From positions 384,001-448,000 of the forward strand of contig CAWIIV010000015.1 in the NCBI GenBank assembly GCA_963836205.1: 64,000 nt of DNA, written 5' to 3'. A program made the position numbers and the translations under genes. Each line of letters starts with the position of its first letter. The stretch's first letter is position 1. Shown piece after piece: positions 1 to 12,219 of the stretch. The DNA is from an uncultured Acidimicrobiia bacterium (lineage in GTDB: Bacteria; Actinomycetota; Acidimicrobiia; Acidimicrobiales; AC-14). The notes beneath the pieces are model-generated. The model was given only the letters and a program-made list of their open reading frames with translations, was not told the DNA's origin and searched no databases.

Positions 1-1650
1 ATCCCGGCCGGCACCGAGGTGGCGACGCTGCGGACGGAGGCGATCGAGGCCGTCGCCTTCGAGACCGCCGACGACCTCGAGATCCTGCCCACCACGGCCG
101 ACCTGGTTGCCTCCGCCATCCAGCCCGGCCGCTACCGCCAGCACCGGGCCGCCCTCGACAGCGGGCAAAGCTTCTTCTGCTTCGACCAGGTGCCGAAGCC
201 CGACGACGCCCTCCTCGTGGGACTGTCCCGGGCCGCGCCCCGCTGCATCGTCACCCTGCGGTTCGACTGCCAGGTGGAGGGCGTCGGCGTCGACCCCACC
301 AACCCGCCGCTGGCGTGGGAGGCGTGGGACGGCGACGGGTGGGCTCCGTGCGAGGTGAGCCAGGACGACACCGGCGGCCTGAACCGTCCCGGCGACGTGG
401 TCGTGCACCTGCCCGACAACCACCAGACGTCGGTGCTCGACGGCCGGGCCGCGGGGTGGCTGCGCTGCCGGGTGATCCCGGCCCTGGAGAACCAGCCGGT
501 GTACAGCTCGTCGCCCCAGATCCGGCGGCTCGACGCGTTCACCGTCGGGGGCACGATCGCCGCGGTCAACGCCGAGGAGTTCACCGACGAGGCCCTGGGC
601 GCATCCGAAGGGGTTCCCGGCCAGCAGTTCCAGCTCCAGCACCCGCCGGTGGTGCCCTTCGGCGACCCGCCGGTGCTCGAGGTGGCGGGCGTCGAGGGGT
701 GGGACGAGTGGCGCCTGGTCGAGAGCTTCGCCGCCAGCGGGCCCGACGATCGCCATTTCGTCCTCGACGGGGGCCAGGGCCGGGTGGAGCTGGGGCCGGC
801 CGTGCGGGAGGGCGACGGCACCCTCCGCCACTACGGCGCCGTCCCGCCCAAGGGGGCGCAGGTGCGGATCCGGTCGTACCGCAGCGGCGGAGGACGCACG
901 GGGAACGTCGCCCGGGGGGCCATCAGCGTCCTGAAGTCGTCGATCCCCTACGTGGCCTCGGTGGAGAACCGGCGGGCGGCGCTGGGCGGCGTCGACGGCG
1001 AGTCGGTGGAGAGCGCCAAGGTGCGGGCGCCGATCCTGCTGCGGACGAGGGGGCGGGCGGTCACGGCCGAGGACTACGAGCAGCTGGCCCGGGAGGCGGC
1101 GCCGGAGGTGGCCCGGGTCCGCTGCGCGCTGACCGGGGAGGGGACCAACACGGCCGCCGTCCGGGTGCTGGTGGTGCCCGCTGCGCCCGAGGGCGACCTC
1201 GGCCAGCTGCGGATCGAGGACCTGGTGCCCGACGACCGGACCCTTGCCCGCGTCGCCGCCTACCTCGACGAACGCCGGGTGATCGGCACCCGGGTCGTGG
1301 TCGAGCCGCCCATGTACCTGGGCGTGACGGTGGTCGCCCGGCTGGTCGGGCGGGAGCGGGTGAGCGCCAAACAGCTCCACGACGACGCGCTGGCCGCCCT
1401 CTACGGCTACTTTTCTCCGATACGCGGTGGTCCCGACGGCACCGGGTGGCCGTTCGGGCGGTCGGTCCGGGCTGGGGAGGTCTACGGGGTGCTCCAGAGG
1501 GTGCGAGGCGTGGAGCTGGTGGAGGAAGCCCGGCTGTTCGGGGCCGACCCGGTGACGGGCGCCCGCGGGGTCGCCGCCGAGCGGCTCGACCTGCCCCGTT
1601 CCGCCCTCGTCTTCTCCTACCAGCACCAGCTCATGGTCTCCGAGGCCTGA
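1..1650 (+). CDS. Baseplate J-like (Afp11-type) protein of a contractile injection system, 5'-truncated by the window edge
   Basis: Motifs 'YRSGGGRTGNV', 'GGVDGESVE', 'RAVTAEDYE' and 'GWPFGRSV' are typical of eCIS/phage baseplate assembly proteins. The frame is open from position 1. Confidence 0.92.
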   Translation: MPAGTEVATLRTEAIEAVAFETADDLEILPTTADLVASAIQPGRYRQHRAALDSGQSFFCFDQVPKPDDALLVGLSRAAPRCIVTLRFDCQVEGVGVDPTNPPLAWEAWDGDGWAPCEVSQDDTGGLNRPGDVVVHLPDNHQTSVLDGRAAGWLRCRVIPALENQPVYSSSPQIRRLDAFTVGGTIAAVNAEEFTDEALGASEGVPGQQFQLQHPPVVPFGDPPVLEVAGVEGWDEWRLVESFAASGPDDRHFVLDGGQGRVELGPAVREGDGTLRHYGAVPPKGAQVRIRSYRSGGGRTGNVARGAISVLKSSIPYVASVENRRAALGGVDGESVESAKVRAPILLRTRGRAVTAEDYEQLAREAAPEVARVRCALTGEGTNTAAVRVLVVPAAPEGDLGQLRIEDLVPDDRTLARVAAYLDERRVIGTRVVVEPPMYLGVTVVARLVGRERVSAKQLHDDALAALYGYFSPIRGGPDGTGWPFGRSVRAGEVYGVLQRVRGVELVEEARLFGADPVTGARGVAAERLDLPRSALVFSYQHQLMVSEA

Positions 1651-1651
1651 C

Positions 1652-2191
1652 GTGCGCGGACTCGTCGACGGCCTCCCGTCGCCCCACCCGATCGGCGCCC
1701 TGCTCCCCGCCCTCTACCAGGAGGACGGGTTCGTGCAGCGGTTCACGTCCGGCCTCGACGAGGTCATCGCCCCCGCCCTGGCGGTCCTCGACAACCTGCC
1801 CTCCTACCTCGACCCGGTCCTCACGCCGGACGACTTCCTGCCCTGGCTGGCGGGGTGGGTCGGCATCGCCCTCGACGAGAACTGGCCCCTCGCCCGCCGC
1901 CGCCAGCTGGTGGCCCGGGCCGGCGACCTCTACCGGGCCCGGGGCACGGCGCGGGGCCTGTCCGAGCAGGTGGAGCTGCTCACCGGCTCGGCTCCCCGCA
2001 TCGAGGAGTCGGGCGGCACGGTGTGGTCGCCGACGCCGGGGGCTGCCCCGCCGGGCAAAGCGGTGGCCGAGCTGGTGGTGACGGTGCGCGAGGCCCCGGG
2101 CCAGCCCGTCGACCGCCGCCGCCTCGACTCGATCGTGCGCGACGCCAAGCCCGCGGCGGTCAGTCACCGCATCGAGGTGGTGCCCGCATGA
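1652..2191 (+). CDS. Phage tail I-like (baseplate wedge) protein of the CIS locus
   Basis: 'LPALYQED..FVQRF', 'YLDPVLTPDDFLPWLAGWVG', 'RGTARGL' and 'KPA' motifs; directly follows the baseplate J gene. Confidence 0.9.
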   Translation: MRGLVDGLPSPHPIGALLPALYQEDGFVQRFTSGLDEVIAPALAVLDNLPSYLDPVLTPDDFLPWLAGWVGIALDENWPLARRRQLVARAGDLYRARGTARGLSEQVELLTGSAPRIEESGGTVWSPTPGAAPPGKAVAELVVTVREAPGQPVDRRRLDSIVRDAKPAAVSHRIEVVPA

Positions 2192-3378
2192 TCATGTGCA
2201 AGAACTGCCGTATCCCCTTCGAGGAGGGGGCCCAGTTCTGCGGCAACTGTGGCGGGTTCGTCGACTACGTGGGCGTGAGCGAGGAGTCCGCGGCCCGGGC
2301 GGCGGCGGCCGCGGGCGCGCCCGGCCCGACCGCGGGTGGAGAGGCGGCGCCCAGTCCCGACACCGCCCAGATGGCGATCGCGGTCTCGGCGGCCGACGAC
2401 GCCGAGCGCAGGGCGGTGGCGGAGGCCGAGGCCAAGGACAGGGAACAGGCCGAGGCGTTGGGCCGTGCGGCTGCTGCCGCGGCGGCGGAAGCGGCGGCCC
2501 GGGCCGCGGCCGCGGCGGAGGTCGACACCGAGGCCAAGGCGAGGGCGGAGGAGGAGGCGAGGGCTCAGGCCGCGGCCAAGGCCAAGGCCCAGGCCGAGGC
2601 GGAGGCGGCCGCCCGCGCCGCGGAGGCGTCCCGGCGGGCGGCGGCCATGATCGCCAAGCCCGCCCCGACCCCGACACCGCCGCCTCCGCCCCCGCCGCCG
2701 CCCCCGAGGCCAGACGCCGGTCCCGCCCCGACGCCCGTGCAGCCGGGCGAGGTGGCCTGTGGCAACTGTGGTGCCGGCAACCCACCGAGCCGGACGTTCT
2801 GCCGCCAGTGCGGCACCGAGCTCCGCCCCGCGGCCGTGGTGCCGATCGCGGCGGCGAAGGCTCCCAGGGGAGGGTTCTGGGGGAAGTGGAAGGTGCCGAT
2901 CATCGGGGCGGTGATCGTCGCCCTGGTGCTCGGGTTCGTCCTCACGCGCGACGACGCCGCGGACGACATTCCCGACCTGCCCGACCTGCTGACGACGCAG
3001 CCCACGCGGCCGACGACATCGTCCGTGCAGCCGACGTCGGAGGTGGTGACCGTCGAGGCCAACGTGCCCTTCGTCGACACCGGCATCGAGCTCAAGGTGG
3101 GCGACCGTGTCGAGATCATCGCCCGGGGCGAGGCCGAGAGCGGCGGTGGGCCGTCGGGACCGGAGGGCGACCCCAATCCCGACTACCGGCCGGCCAGCGT
3201 CATCGACGGCGGCCACAACGCCCTGATCGCCAAGATCGGCCTCCGGGGCGACCCCTTCCTCGTCGCCGAACGGCTGACGTTCGATGCCGAGGAGGCGGGC
3301 ACCCTGTTCCTGGGCGTCAACGACACGGGCGTCGACAACAACGCGGGCGCCTACGTAGCCGACATCACGGTCTCGTAG
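2188..3378 (+). CDS. Zinc-ribbon, Ala/Pro-rich, single-TM protein with a C-terminal LecA/PA-IL-like domain (CIS-associated membrane protein)
   Basis: ATGA overlap with the tail gene. Two CxxC...CxxC ribbons, TM 'IIGAVIVALVLGFVL', and C-terminal 'DTGIELKVGDRVEIIARG...LIAKIG...GTLFLGVND..DNNAGAY'. Confidence 0.78.
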   Translation: MIMCKNCRIPFEEGAQFCGNCGGFVDYVGVSEESAARAAAAAGAPGPTAGGEAAPSPDTAQMAIAVSAADDAERRAVAEAEAKDREQAEALGRAAAAAAAEAAARAAAAAEVDTEAKARAEEEARAQAAAKAKAQAEAEAAARAAEASRRAAAMIAKPAPTPTPPPPPPPPPPRPDAGPAPTPVQPGEVACGNCGAGNPPSRTFCRQCGTELRPAAVVPIAAAKAPRGGFWGKWKVPIIGAVIVALVLGFVLTRDDAADDIPDLPDLLTTQPTRPTTSSVQPTSEVVTVEANVPFVDTGIELKVGDRVEIIARGEAESGGGPSGPEGDPNPDYRPASVIDGGHNALIAKIGLRGDPFLVAERLTFDAEEAGTLFLGVNDTGVDNNAGAYVADITVS

Positions 3379-3388
3379 GGTCGGGACC

Positions 3389-4882
3389 GTGGGCCGCAGG
3401 GAGAGGGATGAGCCGGAGGAGCTGCCGATCCTCCTCGACCCGGCGTCGAGCGACGAGTACCGCCCGCTGCCGCTGTCACCGGTCATCCGGGAGGCCCGCC
3501 GCCGGGCGTGGGCCCAGGCGGCCGACAACGCCCGCCGCGTCGGGATGTCCCGCCGCGACTTCCTGCGCACCTCCATGGGCGCGGCCACCGTCCTCCTGAC
3601 CCTCAACGCGTGCAGCAAGGAGGAGGCGGCCGACCGGGGGGCCCGGCCGGGCAGCACGTTCGCGGTGCCGAAAGAGGCGGGAGTCGACCCCGAGGCGGCC
3701 AACTCGGTGCTCGACGGCGACCTGCCGGTGATCGACGCCCAGAGCCACTTCCTCGACTTCGACCTGTCCCAGCCCCTCGACCCGGGTTTCTTCGGGTCCG
3801 ACTTCCCCCAGGCCATGTGCGGGGCCGACGACCCCCGGGCCTGCTTCGGCATCGACCGCTTCGTCGACACCCTGTACTTCCGCAGCGAGACGGCGGCGGC
3901 GGTGCTGTCGGCCGTGCCCGCGCCCGACGCCCGCACGGGCGAGCTGAGCATCGAGGTCATGGCCCGGGCCCGGGAGCGGATCAACCAGAGCATCGGTCCC
4001 GGCCGCCTGCTCGTCCACGGCCTCATCGTCCCCACCGGCCGGCCGTTGTCGGTCGCCCTCGACGACCTCGAAGCCATCGCCCAGACCTACAAGGTCGACG
4101 GATGGAAGGCGTACACCACCAACACCCAGGGGTGGCGGCTCGACGACGCCGACCTCGAGGGCCGGCAGGTGGGCATGGCGTCGCTGCAGAAGATCGTCGA
4201 GCTCGGGATTCCCCGCATCGCGATCCACAAGGGGATCTCCGGCGGCGACAAGTGGGCTTCCCCCGACGACATCGGCCCCGCGGCCAAGGCGTTCCCCGAG
4301 GTGAAGTTCGCGGTGTACCACTCGGGCTGGGAGCCGGGTGTGACCGAGGGCCCGTTCACGCCCGACACCGCCGACCAGGGCTCGAACCGGCTGGTCGCAT
4401 CACTGCGCAAGGCGGGCATCGGCCCCGGGCAGAACGTCTACGCCGAGCTCGGGACCACGTGGTTCAACATGATGCGCTCGCCCGACGAGGCCGCCCACCT
4501 GCTGGGCAAGCTCCTCCTGGCGGTGGGCGAGGACCGCATCCTGTGGGGCACCGACTCCATCTGGTACGGCTCGCCCCAGGGCCAGATCGACGCCTTCCGC
4601 ACCTTCGACATCTCACCCGAGTTCCAGGAGCGGTTCGGGTACCCGGCCCTCACCGACGCCATCCGGGGCAAGATCTTCGCCCGCAACGTGGCCGAGTACT
4701 ACGGGCTCGACCTGGCCACGATCGCCAAGCGGCCCCGGCCCGCGGGCTCGGCCGACACGACGACCACCTCGACGTCACCGCCCCGCCCGGCGACGACCGA
4801 GGAGACCACCACCACCCATCACGACACCACCACCACCGACCACGACTTCGACACCACGACGTCGACCACCGAACCGGACTAA
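3389..4882 (+). CDS. Amidohydrolase family protein with a Tat-like motif and a Thr/His-rich tail
   Basis: 'SRRDFL' followed by a hydrophobic stretch and a Cys; 'IDAQSH', 'IHKG', 'YHSG' and 'ILWGTDSIW' amidohydrolase motifs. Confidence 0.85.
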   Translation: MGRRERDEPEELPILLDPASSDEYRPLPLSPVIREARRRAWAQAADNARRVGMSRRDFLRTSMGAATVLLTLNACSKEEAADRGARPGSTFAVPKEAGVDPEAANSVLDGDLPVIDAQSHFLDFDLSQPLDPGFFGSDFPQAMCGADDPRACFGIDRFVDTLYFRSETAAAVLSAVPAPDARTGELSIEVMARARERINQSIGPGRLLVHGLIVPTGRPLSVALDDLEAIAQTYKVDGWKAYTTNTQGWRLDDADLEGRQVGMASLQKIVELGIPRIAIHKGISGGDKWASPDDIGPAAKAFPEVKFAVYHSGWEPGVTEGPFTPDTADQGSNRLVASLRKAGIGPGQNVYAELGTTWFNMMRSPDEAAHLLGKLLLAVGEDRILWGTDSIWYGSPQGQIDAFRTFDISPEFQERFGYPALTDAIRGKIFARNVAEYYGLDLATIAKRPRPAGSADTTTTSTSPPRPATTEETTTTHHDTTTTDHDFDTTTSTTEPD

Positions 4883-5166
4883 CTCTCCGCGGGGCCACCT
4901 GCGGGACGCGGTCCGCCCTCCGGTTCGGCCACGGCCGCCGATATCGCCTCCGTCGATCGCAAGGGCGTGGCAGCGAGTCTCCGCTGCCGGCCGTCTCCTC
5001 GTCGTCATCACCACGCGAGGGGTGCGACGAAATGGTCCGCCGGAGCAAGCGTGCACGTGTTCACAGACTCCGAGCACAAGGATCACGTCCACGTTGGCTC
5101 CAAGAGGAACCCTCCGGCCTAAGCAATTATCAACGACCTGGAACCTCAAACAGGTCTGATGTTTTC

Positions 5167-6602
5167 GGCTCTCCTGACCCAAGTGTGGATGGGATCGGAG
5201 CCGGCAGGCGTGTAAGTGGCTGGCTGAGCAGGTCTTCCGGTATCCGCGTGACGCGCACGGGCCGGGCCAAGGTTCACGGACTTCTCACACCCCTGAACCG
5301 GGAGGTCCTCAACCCGTGCGCGTCACCACCGCATTCAAGCGCCTCCTTCGGCTCGACGACGTCAACGTCGTCGCCGTGGAGTTCCTGACCACGATCGTGA
5401 TCGTCACCGTGGCCCTGCGCCGGCGGCGGCTGGTCTGCCCCCATTGCGGGTTCAAGACCCGGTTCCGCTACGACACCCGGCCGGCGCCGTCGTGGTGGCG
5501 CCACCTCGACCTGGGCACCTGGCGGCTGGAGGTCCGGGCCAGCCTGCGCCGTCTTCGTTGCCCCGACCACGGCGTGGTGGTGGAGGCCGTCCCCTTCGCC
5601 CGGCCGGGGGCGAACCTCACCCGGGACCTCGACGACCTGCTGGCGTGGCTGGCGACGAGGATGGACCGCACGGCGGTCGCTCGTCTGTGCCGGGTGTCGT
5701 GGCGGACGGTGGGACGGGCCTGCGAACGGGTGGTGGCGAGCGAGCTCGACGACCATCGCCTCGACGGCCTGTTCCGCATCGGGGTCGACGAGATCTCCTG
5801 GCGCAAGCACCACCGCTACCTGACGCTGGTGGTCGACCACGACCGGGGCAGGGTCGTCTGGGGAGCCAAAGGCAAGGACGCCACGACCCTCGACGCCTTC
5901 TTCGACGAGCTCGGGCCGGAGCGATCGTCCCAGCTCAGCGCCATTTCCATGGATCTGGGCCCGGCCTACCTCAAGAGCGTCAAGGCCGAGGGACACGCTC
6001 CCCAGGCCATCGTGTGCGCCGATCCGTTCCACCTCGTGTGCCTGGTGGGCGACGCTCTCGACGAGGTCCGCCGGGACCTGTGGAACCAGCTGCGCCGGCT
6101 TCCCGACGACCGCTGGGCCAAGGACTTCAAGGGAGCCCGGTGGGCCCTGCTGAAGAACCCCGAGGACCTGACCACCACCCAGGCCGCCCAGCGCAAGCGC
6201 ATCCGACGCAACCGGGGCGGGATGTGGCGGGCCTATGAGATGAAGGAGCAGTTCCGGGCCATCCTGGCCGGCGACCTCACCCGCGACGAGGCGGGCGAGC
6301 TTCTCGACCGGTGGTGCGCCCGAGCCCAGAGATCGCGGCTGGCGCCGTTCGTCAAGGTGGCCAAGACCATGCGCCAGCGTCGGGAGATGATCCTCAACGC
6401 CGTCGAGCACGGGATCTCCAACGGCCGGGTGGAGGGCTTCAACACCAAGGTCCGCCTCATCATCCGCAGGGCGTACGGGTTCCATTCCGCCGACGCGGCC
6501 CTGGCCCTCGTCATGCTCGCTGCCGGGCCCATCGACATCAAGCTGCCGCACGAGCGGGTGGTCTGGAAAGAGGCGTCCTGATCCACATCGTGTCAGAGAA
6601 CC
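5167..6602 (+). mobile_element. ISL3-family insertion sequence
   Basis: Imperfect terminal inverted repeats flank the transposase: left GGCTCTCCTGACCCAAGTGTGGAT, right (reverse complement) GGTTCTCTGACACGATGTGGAT. Confidence 0.75.
5316..6581 (+). CDS. ISL3-family transposase
   Basis: CPHC zinc finger, 'IGVDEISWRKHHRYLT', 'ISMDL', 'DPFHL' and 'SNGRVEGFNTKVRLIIRRAYGF'. Confidence 0.96.
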   Translation: MRVTTAFKRLLRLDDVNVVAVEFLTTIVIVTVALRRRRLVCPHCGFKTRFRYDTRPAPSWWRHLDLGTWRLEVRASLRRLRCPDHGVVVEAVPFARPGANLTRDLDDLLAWLATRMDRTAVARLCRVSWRTVGRACERVVASELDDHRLDGLFRIGVDEISWRKHHRYLTLVVDHDRGRVVWGAKGKDATTLDAFFDELGPERSSQLSAISMDLGPAYLKSVKAEGHAPQAIVCADPFHLVCLVGDALDEVRRDLWNQLRRLPDDRWAKDFKGARWALLKNPEDLTTTQAAQRKRIRRNRGGMWRAYEMKEQFRAILAGDLTRDEAGELLDRWCARAQRSRLAPFVKVAKTMRQRREMILNAVEHGISNGRVEGFNTKVRLIIRRAYGFHSADAALALVMLAAGPIDIKLPHERVVWKEAS

Positions 6603-6617
6603 CTCTGGTGGTTTCTT

Positions 6618-6662
6618 CCATGGATATTCGTGTACACTCAGGCTCTACATGCATATCCATGG
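6618..6662. promoter_or_regulatory. Inverted repeat CCATGGATAT-N25-ATATCCATGG, possible operator
   Basis: Perfect 10-bp arms at 6618-6627 and 6653-6662 in AT-richer DNA immediately upstream of the 6672 ORF. Confidence 0.4.
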
Positions 6663-6671
6663 GAGTACACC

Positions 6672-7205
6672 GTGATCAAGGTGGAGATTCGCTACGAGGG
6701 CACGCCGGCCGAAATTCGGGAGTACGAGCGGCTCGGGGAACCTGGGGGTCTGCCTCAAGCACCAGGCGAGGCGCACAACAACGAACTGGCGCCCGAGCTC
6801 TCACGGTTCCTTCAGCGTGTGAGCCACCGCAGCCTTGTGGGCGATTGGCTCCGCTGGGCACTCACGTTCGAGGTGTCCCTCTCAGGCTACGCGGGCGCTG
6901 GCGCCGCGCCGCAGCCGCGCCGGCTCATCACGGCGCGAATCGGACGGGGCGGCGGCGGGAACGAGCTCGACTACGTGCGGCTCTACACGGAGGGCTACCC
7001 AGCGACGATCGCCGTCCTGTATCGCAGCGGACGGCTAACGCTCCTGCTTGGACCCGACGCCGCAGGAGGACAGAACCACGTCCATGTCCGCGATGTTCGG
7101 GACCCTCACAAGGTGTTCGTCGAGCTGACTTCGAGTGAGGCTCTCGAGGAGGCTAAGGAACTCTTCGGCCGGACCGTCAGGTCGCGTTACGGACAGGGAC
7201 CGTGA
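6672..7205 (+). CDS. Hypothetical protein
   Basis: GTG start after GGGAG; ordinary globular composition; no family recognised. Confidence 0.6.
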   Translation: MIKVEIRYEGTPAEIREYERLGEPGGLPQAPGEAHNNELAPELSRFLQRVSHRSLVGDWLRWALTFEVSLSGYAGAGAAPQPRRLITARIGRGGGGNELDYVRLYTEGYPATIAVLYRSGRLTLLLGPDAAGGQNHVHVRDVRDPHKVFVELTSSEALEEAKELFGRTVRSRYGQGP

Positions 7206-7241
7206 TCCTGAGAACGCGCTCAAGCCGGCACCGGTAATCTG

Positions 7242-7433
7242 GTGTTCGTGGCCCATCACGCTCCGGATCTGCCCGCCGGCCCCGCCATCGTGGTGACGAA
7301 CGCCGACGAGGACTGCTCACCGCCGGCATTCCGCGCCCTGCTCGACGAGCTGTTCGCAAGCCCCGAGCCGGAGCTCGAGAGCATCGGTGCCGCTGAAGCA
7401 CTCAGAGAGCTGCGCGTCGACGCCGGCGCGTGA
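7242..7433 (+). CDS. Putative antitoxin (VapB-like)
   Basis: Small acidic ORF whose stop overlaps the PIN toxin start (GTGA); C-terminal 'AAEALRELR'. Confidence 0.65.
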   Translation: MFVAHHAPDLPAGPAIVVTNADEDCSPPAFRALLDELFASPEPELESIGAAEALRELRVDAGA

Positions 7434-7846
7434 GCGCAGTCGTCATCGATGCCTCCGCTGGCGCCGAGATCGTCGCCGACACGCGCCGTGGACGGGCGCT
7501 CGCCCAACTACTGCCTACCGACGCCGAGGGCTGGGTTCCCGAGCACTTCTATGCCGAGGTGCTCGCCGTCCTTCGGCGCCGGCTCCTGATCGAGGAGGCA
7601 ATCAGCGATCCCCAGGCCGCCGCGGCCGTCGCTCGGCTTTGCGCCTGGCACCTCCACTGCGCCTCGATCGCACCGCTGGTCAGCGCCGCCTGGGCCTACC
7701 GGCACAACATGACCGCCGCCGACGCCTTCTACGTCGCTCTGTCCGAACAGCTCGGCGCCGACCTTCTCACCGATGACCATCGCCTGGCTGACAGCCCCAC
7801 GTTCCCGCGCGCCGTCCGCGTGCTCCGGCTGGCCGCCAGGTCCTGA
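7430..7846 (+). CDS. vapC: PIN-domain toxin (VapC family)
   Basis: 'VVIDAS', 'AEV..VLRR', 'DAFYVAL' and 'LLTDDHRL' acidic PIN signature. Confidence 0.9.
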   Translation: MSAVVIDASAGAEIVADTRRGRALAQLLPTDAEGWVPEHFYAEVLAVLRRRLLIEEAISDPQAAAAVARLCAWHLHCASIAPLVSAAWAYRHNMTAADAFYVALSEQLGADLLTDDHRLADSPTFPRAVRVLRLAARS

Positions 7847-8010
7847 CCCTCCTCCGCGGGCGCCGTGGGGGGCCGCCAGCCGACCGCATCGGCGCCCTCC
7901 TGGCTGCCTGGCTGGTCAAGGGCAAGTCTTCCCTACCAGTGAACCCTCCAGAAACTTTTCAGCCCTTATCATGTACTTCCAGGGACAAAGCCCGGAGTCG
8001 GGCGCGCCGT

Positions 8011-8331
8011 TCAAACGACCTGAACCGCGTCCTTGAGCGCCACAGGTAGCTTCCCCGGAAAGGAGATGACGAGGTGCCGGTGCAAGGCCGTCGCGACCCT
8101 GGCGAGGGTGTCGATCCGGTTCCGAGCTCCGCCGCCTTCCTCGAGCCGGGAGATCACGGACTGGGTTGTTCCCATCCGCTGGGCGAGCTCTCGCTGGCTC
8201 AGGCCGGCCTCGGTCCGCAGGTCGTGGATGAGCTGCCCGAGCGCGAGGTCGCGCTCCACCTCGACGCGGGTCTCGGTCGAGGGGGCCGGTCGCTTGTTCT
8301 TGACGTCGTCCCAGCGGGAGTAGTTGGCCAT
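8011..8331 (-). CDS. XRE-family HTH antitoxin (HigA-like)
   Basis: 'LRTEAGLSQRELAQRMGTTQSVISRLEEG'; lies downstream of a RelE-like toxin. Confidence 0.88.
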   Translation of the reverse strand: MANYSRWDDVKNKRPAPSTETRVEVERDLALGQLIHDLRTEAGLSQRELAQRMGTTQSVISRLEEGGGARNRIDTLARVATALHRHLVISFPGKLPVALKDAVQVV

Positions 8332-8342
8332 CGTCGTCTCCT

Positions 8343-8669
8343 TCAGGGGTTCTCGCGGGCACACGCGGCGGCCACACGACGGGCTCGTGCGATCTCGTGT
8401 CGTTCGTTGTTGCGTTGCTTCCGGAACGTGGTCAGGATCACGATCCGCTGGTTAGTGGTGAAGCGATAGGTGATGCGTCGCGCCGTGGGACCGAGCGAGA
8501 AGCGAAGCTCGAACAGGCCGTCACCCACGCTCCTCGACATCGGCATTCGAGCGTCGGCGCCGAGCACGGCGAGCCGATCCCCCACGACGACCGTCCGCTC
8601 CCACTCCGGTTGCGGGAGCGAATCCAACCAATCGGCGACCTCATCGTGCAGCTCGATCTCGGCGACCGG
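8343..8669 (-). CDS. RelE/HigB-like (Gp49-type) toxin; start codon unclear
   Basis: 'EIELHDEVADWLDSL...MPMSRSVGDGLFELRF...RITYRF...ILTTFRK'. The frame is open to 8669, but the first canonical start is TTG at 8627. Confidence 0.8.
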   Translation of the reverse strand, partial: PVAEIELHDEVADWLDSLPQPEWERTVVVGDRLAVLGADARMPMSRSVGDGLFELRFSLGPTARRITYRFTTNQRIVILTTFRKQRNNERHEIARARRVAAACARENP

Positions 8670-9007
8670 TCAATGATCGCATGCACACGATCATCGCACA
8701 AGAGCGATCATCACAAGCCGTGCCCTCGGCTCGATCCCGCAGCTCAGCCCCCGCCTCAGAAGGTAGGCGCAGCGCAGGAGTCTCCTGCGGCCGTCCTGCC
8801 CCGCTCATGTCGACGCGATGCACGGCGGGCCTCAACCGCAGCCGCCCGAAACAGCAGACACCTGCTGGGGCGATCGGGCAGAACTGGCTGCCCTCCGTTT
8901 TCAAGCCGCCCGGTGTACCGTCCTACGGCCGGCCGCAGGGACGTCCGACGTCTCGTCCGACCGGATCCTCATGTCAGCGACGCGAGGCCAAGGGGTGGCG
9001 CGGCGTC

Positions 9008-11894
<2,887 letters not shown>

Positions 11895-11918
11895 CTCGCG
11901 GGAGGGCCGGACCGAGCG

Positions 11919-12219
11919 GGTGACCCGGGCGCGGGGCGGGCGTCCCGGGTCACCGGACGAGGCGTGCGGGGAGGCCGGGGAGACAGATCGGCAGCCACCG
12001 CGGTTCGCCTCGTCGGGGCTACCGGGGCGGAGGAGACCGTTCCCCTCCAGATCGAGCAGACCTCACACGTCCTCCTCTCAGCGAGCGAGCGACCGGTACG
12101 AGGCGAGTGTGCGCCGAACCGTCGCGGGACTCGATGAGGCATTCGGATCATTGCCTCAGGCAGCGAAGACCGGTGCTGCGTATCGTCGCTGGGTAGGGCG
12201 GATATCGTCCGATGGACGA
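11919..12219 (+). promoter_or_regulatory. Hairpin-rich intergenic region or leader
   Basis: Stems at 11919-11954, 12005-12013/12098-12106, 12135-12158, 12160-12179 and 12205-12219. Confidence 0.35.

Noticed and set aside
1-2191. Prophage
   Set aside because: The gene types and the following membrane adaptor fit an actinobacterial CIS, and no head, lysis or integrase genes are in the window. Upstream sequence is needed to be certain.
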